Origin: Candidatus Fermentibacterota bacterium
Lineage (GTDB): Bacteria > Fermentibacterota > Fermentibacteria > Fermentibacterales > JCC-6
Direction of reading: 5' to 3'
DNA: 64,000 nucleotides
Assembly: GCA_963845085.1 (NCBI GenBank)
Contig: CAWJQI010000001.1
Coordinates: 160,001-224,000, forward strand
Position 1 is the first letter of the stretch, and every line of letters starts with the position of its first letter. Shown here piece by piece: positions 27,861-35,734 of the stretch. Both the position numbers and the translations under genes were made by a program. The notes under the pieces were generated by a model, which did no database searches, was not told the DNA's origin, and worked only from the letters and a program-made list of their open reading frames with translations.

Positions 27861-28675
27861 AGGAGGAGCTTCGAAGAATCGTTGAGACCACTTCTTCCCT
27901 GACATCAGCGGTCTTTCCAGTGAGGGAGTACCTTCAGTCCAGGATACTCGGAATACTGCAGGACGCGGGGGCAATGATCCCCCTGGCATTCTGCGGCGGC
28001 ACGGCCCTTCGATTCCTGTACGGCATGCCAAGGTACAGCGAGGACCTGGACTTCTCACTGGAACGGGGGGAACCCGGCTTCTCCCTGCAGCCCGTTTTGC
28101 AGAGGATCACAGGTGTTCTTGCCAGGGAGGGCTATGCTGTTGATGCCGGAAGTAGCAGGGGGACCGGAACGGTTCACTCGGTGATGCTGCGCTTCCCGGG
28201 GCTGCTTTATGAACTTGCCCTTTCCCGGAGGAAGGAACAGGTCCTCTCCATCAGGATCGAAGTGGATACCCGGCCCCCTGAAGGGGCCGTTCTCGAGGTC
28301 AGCACCGTCCGTGTTTTCCAGCTTCTGCGTCTTCAACACCACGACCGTTCATCGCTGCTTGCGGGAAAGATCCATGCCGTCCTTACGCGCGAGTACGCTA
28401 AGGGACGCGACTTCTACGACCTTCTGTGGTACCTTTCCGGCAGGGAGTGGCCGGCTCCGAACATGGTGCTGCTTCGGAACGCCCTGACGCAGAGCGGTTG
28501 GCCCGGGGAACGGGTTTCCGGCATCGACCCCGGGGAAGAGCTTGAAACAAGGTTCCGCTCGCTCGACTGGGCAGCGGTGCGCCGGGACGTCCTCCCCTTT
28601 CTGGAGAAACCCGGGGAGGCTGACCTTCTGAACGAAGCCGACATGTGTGCCCTCATCAAGGGTCTGAACTGGTGA
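27857..28675 (+). CDS. Type IV TA toxin, AbiEii-like nucleotidyltransferase
   Basis: FCGGTALR..RYSEDLDFS; KIHA..KGRDFYDL; ATGA coupling to the antitoxin. Confidence 0.92.
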   Translation: MKEELRRIVETTSSLTSAVFPVREYLQSRILGILQDAGAMIPLAFCGGTALRFLYGMPRYSEDLDFSLERGEPGFSLQPVLQRITGVLAREGYAVDAGSSRGTGTVHSVMLRFPGLLYELALSRRKEQVLSIRIEVDTRPPEGAVLEVSTVRVFQLLRLQHHDRSSLLAGKIHAVLTREYAKGRDFYDLLWYLSGREWPAPNMVLLRNALTQSGWPGERVSGIDPGEELETRFRSLDWAAVRRDVLPFLEKPGEADLLNEADMCALIKGLNW

Positions 28676-28716
28676 GTGGCGGAGCCAGGCTTTTCTATCT
28701 TTCCTACACCATATCA

Positions 28717-28745
28717 TTGACAGTTATTGAATTATGTACTACATT
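28717..28745 (+). promoter_or_regulatory. Sigma-70-type promoter of the ATPase gene
   Basis: TTGACA-17 nt-TACATT; CGTAAC repeated twice downstream. Confidence 0.65.
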
Positions 28746-28782
28746 TCTTTCGTAACATCTTTCTCGTAACGAAGGGAATGAA

Positions 28783-29919
28783 ATGGCAAACCCTTTCTCA
28801 TACGGCGGCATCGTCAGCGACCGGCAGTTCTGCAACAGGGTCACCGAACTGCGGGAGCTTGCAAGGGCGGCGAAAAACGGCGAGAGGCTCTTCATCCACG
28901 GGGAGCGGCGGGTCGGCAAGACCTCGCTTCTGAAGTCCGTGATGGGCAGGATCAGGGAAGAAGGGGGCATCTGCTTCTACATCGACGTGTGGAAGTGTGT
29001 TGACGAGGCGGATTTTCGCAGGGTGTGCGCCTCGGCCCTCTCGGGTTACGCCCTTGAGAAGGGAAAGGGTGCCCTTGAAAAACTTGCCGGGCTTTTCTCG
29101 GGTGTCGCGCCCTCATTCGGCATCGACGAGTCGGGAAAGCCCACGGTCACCCTGGTGCGCGACCGAAGCCGGCCTGAAGGGCCCGATGTCGAGGAGATAC
29201 TTCGGGCGCCGGGCAGGATAAGCGCCATGGAACCGGGAAGACCGGTTCTTGTAGTCTTCGACGAGTTCCAGCAGATCAGGGAGATATCGGGTCTGAAGCT
29301 CGAAAAGGTCATTCGAAGCGTGATACAGGAGGAGACAGGTGTGGCCTGGTTCTTCTGCGGCAGCCGGGCCACGCTTCTTCGGGAGATGTTTTTGAAGAAG
29401 GGAAGCCCCCTCTTCAGGAGTTCGGGGCACTACCCGGTTGGCGCCATCGGCCTTGCCCACTGGCGCCCCTTCATCACCGGCGAGTTCGACCAGAGCGGCA
29501 AGAAGATCTCACCGGAAACGGTAAGGTCGCTTGTTCGGGCAACGGGGGGCCACCCCTTCTACACCCAGATGCTCTGCTCCACCCTCTGGGACATCTCCGG
29601 GCACACCGCCTCCGGGAATGATCTCGAAGCCGCTGTTTCACTTCTTCTGGACAGGGAGAGCGGCACTTACGCAACCCTGTGGAACTCACTTCCCGACCAG
29701 CCCAGGAAGATGCTTCGGGCCATTGCCCTCGAAGGCACGCTTCTGAAGCCAACATCGGGGGTCATTGTGAGGAAGTACGGGTTCTCATCGCCTTCCACTG
29801 CAAAGAGCGCCCTCCTCTACCTTCTGAAGCACGATCATGCCTCGCAGGATGAAAAGGGCGGCTACCATCTTTCCGACTGGTTCCTGGCGATGTGGTGCCT
29901 TCGCAACGTGGCGACGTAG
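28783..29919 (+). CDS. AAA+/STAND-like ATPase (ATPase_2 type) with C-terminal wHTH
   Basis: NPFSYG..FCNR..E; Walker A GERRVGKTS; Walker B VVFDEFQ; GGHPFY. Confidence 0.88.
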   Translation: MANPFSYGGIVSDRQFCNRVTELRELARAAKNGERLFIHGERRVGKTSLLKSVMGRIREEGGICFYIDVWKCVDEADFRRVCASALSGYALEKGKGALEKLAGLFSGVAPSFGIDESGKPTVTLVRDRSRPEGPDVEEILRAPGRISAMEPGRPVLVVFDEFQQIREISGLKLEKVIRSVIQEETGVAWFFCGSRATLLREMFLKKGSPLFRSSGHYPVGAIGLAHWRPFITGEFDQSGKKISPETVRSLVRATGGHPFYTQMLCSTLWDISGHTASGNDLEAAVSLLLDRESGTYATLWNSLPDQPRKMLRAIALEGTLLKPTSGVIVRKYGFSSPSTAKSALLYLLKHDHASQDEKGGYHLSDWFLAMWCLRNVAT

Positions 29920-29988
29920 GGGCTGGAGGATGGCGAGGCGCTCTGCTGCTGCCCTTTCGAAAATCCTCGTTACACCTATATTCACTGA

Positions 29989-30183
29989 ATGGAAAAAACC
30001 ATCATGGTTTTCACGAGTCCTGACGAACTGGACAGGTATGAGCGTTCCAGGCGCAGGGCCATGTCACCTGAGCAAAGGCTTCTGGAACTGGAATCCATCC
30101 GCAGCGAGGCAGGCAAATTCCTTTATGAGCATTCAGCCAGACTTCGAAGAGTTGTTACGGTCACTGGAAAAAAACGCAGTTGA
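29989..30183 (+). CDS. Small basic partner protein (putative antitoxin)
   Basis: MSPEQRL..LESIR..RLRRVV pattern; overlaps the downstream NTase gene. Confidence 0.65.
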   Translation: MEKTIMVFTSPDELDRYERSRRRAMSPEQRLLELESIRSEAGKFLYEHSARLRRVVTVTGKKRS

Positions 30184-30565
30184 GTACCTGATAGTCGGAG
30201 GCTATGCGGTTGCTCTGCACGGCTATCCCCGATACACGAAGGATATCGACCTCTTCTTCAGTCCAAATGAGGAGAATATTGACAGAATCATCGAAACCCT
30301 GATCGGGTTCGGATTTTCTTCCGATCAGCTCAACCGGGAGTTGTTCTCAACACCAGGAAACATCGTAACCTTCGGTGTTACACCCGTAAGGGTTGATTTT
30401 TTGAATGAGATTGATGGCGTTTCCTTTACAGACGCCTGGCCCAACAGGGTCCGAAGGGCATACGGAAACGTAACAGCAAATTTCATCGGCTTTGATGATC
30501 TTATCAAGAATAAATCTTCAACTGGTCGCAACCGCGACAAGCTGGACCTTGAGGAATTGTCCTGA
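30125..30565 (+). CDS. Nucleotidyltransferase (DUF6036-like)
   Basis: VEYLIVGGYAVALHGYPRYTKDID; LIKNK..GR.RD..DL; lower GC than its flanks. Confidence 0.85.
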   Translation: MSIQPDFEELLRSLEKNAVEYLIVGGYAVALHGYPRYTKDIDLFFSPNEENIDRIIETLIGFGFSSDQLNRELFSTPGNIVTFGVTPVRVDFLNEIDGVSFTDAWPNRVRRAYGNVTANFIGFDDLIKNKSSTGRNRDKLDLEELS

Positions 30566-30583
30566 CGGTTCCGGATCCGTGCG

Positions 30584-31828
30584 CTATCCCGTTATCCCGT
30601 GCTTTTTCCCGACCTTCTCAAAGGCCTCGATGGCCCTGTCGAGGTGTTCGCGGGTGTGGGCGGCGGAGAGCTGCACCCTGATGCGGGACTGCCCGCGGGC
30701 GACCACAGGGTAGAAGAAACCGATGGCGTAGATCCCCTCTTCCAGAAGGTCGTCGGCGAACTGCTGCACCAGCGCTGCATCGTTTGGATACATGCCGAAG
30801 AGGATGGGAACGATGGCGGTCTCGCCGTCGATTATTGCGAAGCCGGCCTTCTTGATTCCACTGCGGAAGTAGAGGGCGTTTTCATGGACCCTGTCACGGT
30901 ATTCAGTGCTCGCCTCGATTATGTCGAGCACCTTGAGCGTTCCGCCCACGACCGGGGGAGCCATCGTGTTGCTGAATATGTACGGGCGCGAGGACTGCCT
31001 CAGCCATTCGATCAGCACCCTTCGCCCGGCGGTCACACCGCCGCTTGCGCCTCCGCAGGCTTTCCCGAAGGTTGTCGTGATGAGGTCGGCCCTTCCCATG
31101 ACACCGTGATGTTCAAGGCTGCCCCGGCCTGTCCTGCCGATGTAACCAGTGGCATGGCTGTCGTCGACCATGAGCAGAGCGTCGTGCCTGTCGCACATTT
31201 CAACCACCGCATCGAGCGGCGCGATGTCGCCGTTCATGCTGAAGACGCCGTCGGTCGCCACAAGCCTGTACTTGGCGTTCCTTACACTGTCGAGCATCAG
31301 GATGTCTTCAAGGCCGGGGAGTTCCCTCCCGTCGAAGTTCCGCAGACCGCGTCCGGTGTGGCAGTGGCTGTACACATGCCGCTGCGCCTTGCAAAGCCTT
31401 ACACCGTCTATGATCGAGGCATGGTTCAGCTGGTCTGCAATGATGGCGCACTCCTCGTCGAGGAATGGCTGGAAGACGCCTCCGTTGGCATCGAAGCAGG
31501 ACGAGTAAAGGATCGCGTCATCGGTTCCGAGGAACCGGGCGGTCCTTCTCTCCAGCTCCCTGTGGATGTCCTGCGTGCCGCAGATGAACCTGACGCTGGA
31601 GAGGCCGAAACCCCTTGTTCTCAGGGTCTCAGCGGCGGCTTCTATCACATCGGGATGGTTGGCGAGGCCGAGGTAGTTGTTCGCGCAGAAATTGAGGACC
31701 TTCCTCCCGCTGCCGACGGTAATCTCGGCGCCCTGCGGGGAGAGAATGACCCGTTCCCTCTTGAGCAGGCCTTCGCCCTCCCGGACTTTCATGAGTTTTG
31801 CAAGGTCGACCAGTATCCTGCTGGACAT
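30584..31828 (-). CDS. kbl: Glycine C-acetyltransferase (2-amino-3-ketobutyrate CoA ligase), canonical copy
   Basis: NFCANNYLGL; SVRFICGTQ; YSSCFDAN; LNHASIIDG; DDSHATG; TFGKACGG; RIRVQLSAAH. Confidence 0.92.
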   Translation of the reverse strand: MSSRILVDLAKLMKVREGEGLLKRERVILSPQGAEITVGSGRKVLNFCANNYLGLANHPDVIEAAAETLRTRGFGLSSVRFICGTQDIHRELERRTARFLGTDDAILYSSCFDANGGVFQPFLDEECAIIADQLNHASIIDGVRLCKAQRHVYSHCHTGRGLRNFDGRELPGLEDILMLDSVRNAKYRLVATDGVFSMNGDIAPLDAVVEMCDRHDALLMVDDSHATGYIGRTGRGSLEHHGVMGRADLITTTFGKACGGASGGVTAGRRVLIEWLRQSSRPYIFSNTMAPPVVGGTLKVLDIIEASTEYRDRVHENALYFRSGIKKAGFAIIDGETAIVPILFGMYPNDAALVQQFADDLLEEGIYAIGFFYPVVARGQSRIRVQLSAAHTREHLDRAIEAFEKVGKKHGITG

Positions 31829-31919
31829 CCGTTCCTCTTCCCGGGCCGGAAAACGGCAACCGTGGCTGTTTGTTGGAATGATTACGCCGGCGCTGCCCGG
31901 CACCCCGGAATATAACGAA

Positions 31920-31941
31920 GGGGGGCGCGGATGCGCCCCCC
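31920..31941 (-). terminator. GC-rich hairpin between the two kbl copies
   Basis: GGGGGGCGC-ATCC-GCGCCCCCC followed by TTCGTTATATT on the minus strand. Confidence 0.65.
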
Positions 31942-31960
31942 CGGTATCCCAAAGCCCTGG

Positions 31961-33208
31961 TTACATCCCGTACTTCTCTATAATCCCGTTCTTGTCCAGA
32001 CCGATGATCCCGTACTTCTTTCCGACCTTGTGGAAGGCCTCAACACATTTGTCTATGTGGTGGTCTTCGTGGGCCGCGGAAAGCTGCACCCTTATCCTCG
32101 CCGCCCCGGCCGGAACGACAGGGAAGAAGAAGCCGATCACGTAGATGCCCTCGGCGTACATGTCACGGGACATGTCGTTGGCAAGCTTGGCATTGAAGAG
32201 CATCACCGGAACGATCGGAGTCTCGCCCTCGCGAACGCAGAGCCCCGCTTCCGTGATGCCCTTTCGGAACCTCGCGGTGTTGCGCTCGAGCTTGTCACGG
32301 CGCTCGGTGCTTTTCGAAATGAGGTCGATGACGGTTATGGACGCGGCAACTATCGGTGGCGCCATGGAGTTGGAGAAGAGGTACGGCCTTGCCTTCTGCC
32401 GGCAGAGCTCCACTATCTCCTTCCTCCCCGAGACACAGCCGCCGGAGGCGCCGCCAAGCCCCTTGCCGAAGGTGGTGGTGATGATGTCGATCCTGTCCAT
32501 CACACCGAAATGCTCGTGGGTGCCCCGCCCTGTCCTGCCGATGAAGCCCGAGGCATGGGATTCGTCGACCAGGATCATGGCGTCGTACTTGTCGCAAAGA
32601 GCGCACATCTGGTCGAGGGGGGCGAGGTCGCCGTCCATCGAGAAGACGCCGTCGGTCACAACGAGCCTTGTGCGCTTGTCCTGGTGGAGGATCAGCTTGT
32701 TCTCGAGATGCTTCATGTCCATGTGCTTGAAGGTGTCGTACTCGGCCGAGCAGAGCCTGATGCCGTCAACCAGGGAAGCATGGATCAGCCTGTCCGCGAT
32801 GATCACATCCTGCTGGCTGAGAACGGCTTCGAACACGCCCGAGTTGGCGTCCATGCACGAAGGGAAAAGCAGGGTGGCCTCCATGCCGAGAAACGCCGAC
32901 ATCCTGTCCTGGAGCTCGCGGTGGATGTCCTGCGTGCCGCATATGAAACGGACCGAGCTCATGCCGTAGCCCCGCTCATCAAGACCCCTGTGGGCGGCGG
33001 CGACCACGTCAGGGTGGCTGGAGAGCCCGAGGTAGTTGTTGGCGCAGAAGTTGAGAACCCTCTTCTTTGGTGCGCCCTCGGGGAACTCGACAAGGATCTC
33101 GGCGTCCTGCGGTGAGCAGATGAACCGTTTCTCCTTGTAGAGACCCTTCTCCCTGATGGTGTCTATCTCGGAGCTGAACGTGCTCCTTGTTTTATCGCTG
33201 TATGCCAT
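31961..33208 (-). CDS. kbl: Kbl-like PLP alpha-oxoamine synthase, ACP-linked copy
   Basis: NFCANNYLGL; SVRFICGTQ; DESHASG; TFGKGLGG; variant motifs FPSCMDAN and LIHASLVDG. Confidence 0.88.
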   Translation of the reverse strand: MAYSDKTRSTFSSEIDTIREKGLYKEKRFICSPQDAEILVEFPEGAPKKRVLNFCANNYLGLSSHPDVVAAAHRGLDERGYGMSSVRFICGTQDIHRELQDRMSAFLGMEATLLFPSCMDANSGVFEAVLSQQDVIIADRLIHASLVDGIRLCSAEYDTFKHMDMKHLENKLILHQDKRTRLVVTDGVFSMDGDLAPLDQMCALCDKYDAMILVDESHASGFIGRTGRGTHEHFGVMDRIDIITTTFGKGLGGASGGCVSGRKEIVELCRQKARPYLFSNSMAPPIVAASITVIDLISKSTERRDKLERNTARFRKGITEAGLCVREGETPIVPVMLFNAKLANDMSRDMYAEGIYVIGFFFPVVPAGAARIRVQLSAAHEDHHIDKCVEAFHKVGKKYGIIGLDKNGIIEKYGM

Positions 33209-33221
33209 TCGTCAGCTCCTG

Positions 33222-33470
33222 TCAGCCCTGGTGTTTCTTGACCAGTTTGCAGATGGATGTGACGGTGTCAAAGGCTTCCGGTGTGGCCTCGTCGTCAGGA
33301 AGCTTTATGCTGTACTTCTTCTCGAGGAACACCTTCAGGGAGACCATCGAGAAACTGTCCACCAGCCCCGACGAGATCAGGGCGGTGTCGTACCCGACGT
33401 CCAGTTCGTCATCCTCGTCCACGTACTCGCCGATAACGTACTGCAGGATCACGTCTTTCATATCATCCAT
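33222..33470 (-). CDS. Acyl carrier protein
   Basis: 82 aa, acidic; LISSGLVDSFSMV phosphopantetheine-attachment motif. Confidence 0.92.
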   Translation of the reverse strand: MDDMKDVILQYVIGEYVDEDDELDVGYDTALISSGLVDSFSMVSLKVFLEKKYSIKLPDDEATPEAFDTVTSICKLVKKHQG

Positions 33471-33502
33471 TTCGTTTCCTTCCGTGAAAGTGCCGGGTTG
33501 TT

Positions 33503-35248
33503 TCAGTCATCCTCAAGGGTGGAAAGATCGCCGGTTTCCTCACCCCACTCCAGCGCTCTGAGGTAGCGCCGAAGTATCTTTCCGGAGCGGGTTTTTGGAA
33601 GCTTTTCAAGGTACTCAATCTCCTGCGGCATTGCCAGGGGAGAAAGCCTTTTCCTTATGAAGTTCATTATGGAGAGCTCAAGATCATCGTTGGGCTCGTA
33701 TCCGGGGTTCAGCGTCACGAAGGCCTTCACGACCTCCATGTTCACCTCGTCCGGCTTACCCACGGCGGCCGCTTCGGCTATGGCCTCATGCTCGATCAGT
33801 GCCGATTCCACCTCGAACGGACCAACGAGGTGTCCGCCGGTGTTTATAACGTCGTCGTCCCTGCCCACGAACCAGTAGTAGCCTTCCCGGTCGATGCTGG
33901 CCCGGTCGCCGGAGACGTACCAGAGGTTCTGGTTGGCCCTCAGCTCCTTCGGGGAGGCGTTCTCGGGGGCGCCGGGGAACTTGCTGCGGTACAGGTCGGG
34001 CCGCTGCCAGTATTCGCGGAACATCGAGGGCCAGCCCGGTCTGAAGGCGATGAGCCCCACCTGCCCCGGTTCGGTCACCGGCTGGTGGGTCTTGAGGTCG
34101 AGCACCGTGGCGGTGATCCCGGGGAACGGTTTGCCCATCGAGCCGGGCTTGATCTTCATGCCCGGGTAGTTGGTGATCATCATTGCACCGGTCTCGGTCT
34201 GCCAGAACGTGTCATGGAATGCGAGGCCGAATACCTTTTCACTCCAGATCACGGCTTCGGAGTTGAGGGGCTCACCCACCGAGGCGAGGTGTCTGAGCGT
34301 GGAGAGATCGAACTTCTTCACCGTTTCTTCGCCGTCCCTCATAAGCGAGCGGATGGCGGTGGGTGCGGAATACCAGACCGTCACCCTGTTGTCCTGGATG
34401 AACTGGTACCATCTGGCCGATGTGAAACCCGAGTCGAGGACGCACTGGGTGACGCCGAGGCTCCAGGGACCGATGATGCCGTAACTGGTTCCCGTCACCC
34501 AGCCCGGATCCGCGGTGCACCAGTAAACGTCATCCTCTTTCAGGTCGAGAACCCAGTGGGCGGTCAGGGACTGCCCCATGACCGATCCGTGAACGTGCTG
34601 CGCGCCTTTGGGCTGGCCTGTCGTGCCCGAAGTGTAGTGAAGCACGGAAGGCGTCTCGGGGCCCGATTTGTAGGCATCGAAATGCTCGATCCGCGGTGCG
34701 GTTTCAAAGTCGTAGAAGTGCTCGCCCTCGCGAAGCTTGTCGGGTGTGCCCTCCACGACTATCACGTGCCTGAGTTCAGGAAGGCTGTCCTGGATGGCCC
34801 TGACCTTCTTGACATGCTTCTGGGTTGTGAGGATCGCCTTCGTGCCCGCCCCGGCAAGCCTCACCGAGAGGGACTCGTCGCCGAATGCGCTGAAGAGCGG
34901 CTGGGCTATTGCACCGAGTTTAAGGACGCCGAGAAAGGAGATGTAAAGGGCCGGTATCTTGTCCATGAAAATGCATACACGGTCGCCGGGCACGATCCCG
35001 ACAGATTCGAGGAGATGGGCGAATCCGTTGGAATAGACCCTTATGTCATCAAAGGTGAAGGTCTTCTTCTTTCCCCCGAAGCCTTCCCATATCATTGCAG
35101 TCTTCCGGGCTCCGCCCCGGGCGCAGATCCTGTCGGAACAGATGGATCCGATGTTGAGAAGCTCGCCTTCCTTCCAGTCCAGAACCTTCTCGGCGATCTT
35201 CCAGTCGAAGTCCTTCAGTCTCTGTTCATAGCTTCCGATGTTGCTCAA
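33503..35248 (-). CDS. Acetate-activating adenylate-forming ligase (AcsA-like)
   Basis: YTSGTTGQPKG; WCTADPGWVTG; DTFWQTETG; PKTRSGKILRR; TTG start overlaps the acpS stop. Confidence 0.9.
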   Translation of the reverse strand: MSNIGSYEQRLKDFDWKIAEKVLDWKEGELLNIGSICSDRICARGGARKTAMIWEGFGGKKKTFTFDDIRVYSNGFAHLLESVGIVPGDRVCIFMDKIPALYISFLGVLKLGAIAQPLFSAFGDESLSVRLAGAGTKAILTTQKHVKKVRAIQDSLPELRHVIVVEGTPDKLREGEHFYDFETAPRIEHFDAYKSGPETPSVLHYTSGTTGQPKGAQHVHGSVMGQSLTAHWVLDLKEDDVYWCTADPGWVTGTSYGIIGPWSLGVTQCVLDSGFTSARWYQFIQDNRVTVWYSAPTAIRSLMRDGEETVKKFDLSTLRHLASVGEPLNSEAVIWSEKVFGLAFHDTFWQTETGAMMITNYPGMKIKPGSMGKPFPGITATVLDLKTHQPVTEPGQVGLIAFRPGWPSMFREYWQRPDLYRSKFPGAPENASPKELRANQNLWYVSGDRASIDREGYYWFVGRDDDVINTGGHLVGPFEVESALIEHEAIAEAAAVGKPDEVNMEVVKAFVTLNPGYEPNDDLELSIMNFIRKRLSPLAMPQEIEYLEKLPKTRSGKILRRYLRALEWGEETGDLSTLEDD

Positions 35249-35637
35249 GGCTTCCCCTTCCGTTCTTTGCTCCGTTCGAGGACCACCAGTGCCATTGCCG
35301 CAGTTCCGCAATGGCTTATGGAAACGCGCACCGCTTCGACACTTTTCCGGGCCGCCTTCAACGCAGCGTTCCCGTGAAGGCGGATTCCCACTTCGCCAGA
35401 TCCGCTGTTCCTGAGGACCTCGATCTGGTTCCACTCAAGCCCGCAGCCATGGCACCCAAGGGCCTTTATCACAGCTTCCTTCGCGGCAAACCTTCCCGCG
35501 TAGCTCTCATGACACCGGGCCCTTGAACCGGCGTACCTTGCCTCTTCGGGAAGGAACGCGCCCGATATGAAATCATCGGTCAGGCGTTCCCTGAACTCTG
35601 CGAGATCAACGATATGAATGCCCACCGCCATTATCAA
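35245..35637 (-). CDS. acpS: Holo-ACP synthase
   Basis: AVGIHIV; YAGRFAAKEAVIKAL; VSISH. Confidence 0.88.
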   Translation of the reverse strand: MIMAVGIHIVDLAEFRERLTDDFISGAFLPEEARYAGSRARCHESYAGRFAAKEAVIKALGCHGCGLEWNQIEVLRNSGSGEVGIRLHGNAALKAARKSVEAVRVSISHCGTAAMALVVLERSKERKGKP

Positions 35638-35734
35638 TACGCACCCCCGGTGAAGTTCGGCGGCGACACTTCGGTATGAACGCCGTTTTCCGCACCAACC
35701 CTAACCACGAACCCTTCCAATGTCCACCGGCGGT

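Noticed and set aside
26832..30583. Integrative mobile element around the TA cluster
   Set aside because: No integrase, transposase, tRNA or flanking direct repeats found
30584..33208. Serine palmitoyltransferase or BioF assignment
   Set aside because: FCANNYLGL, SVRFICGTQ and RPYLFSN are Kbl-type motifs; a long-chain donor is unlikely given the ligase's acetate pocket
33222..35248. Dlt-like D-alanylation or peptidoglycan O-acetylation system
   Set aside because: The ligase has acetyl-CoA synthetase motifs, not DltA motifs, and no MBOAT or DltD gene is present
30599..35377. Long plus-strand ORFs (438, 394 and 529 aa) opposite kbl and the acetate ligase
   Set aside because: Antisense shadow frames expected from high third-position GC; no motifs
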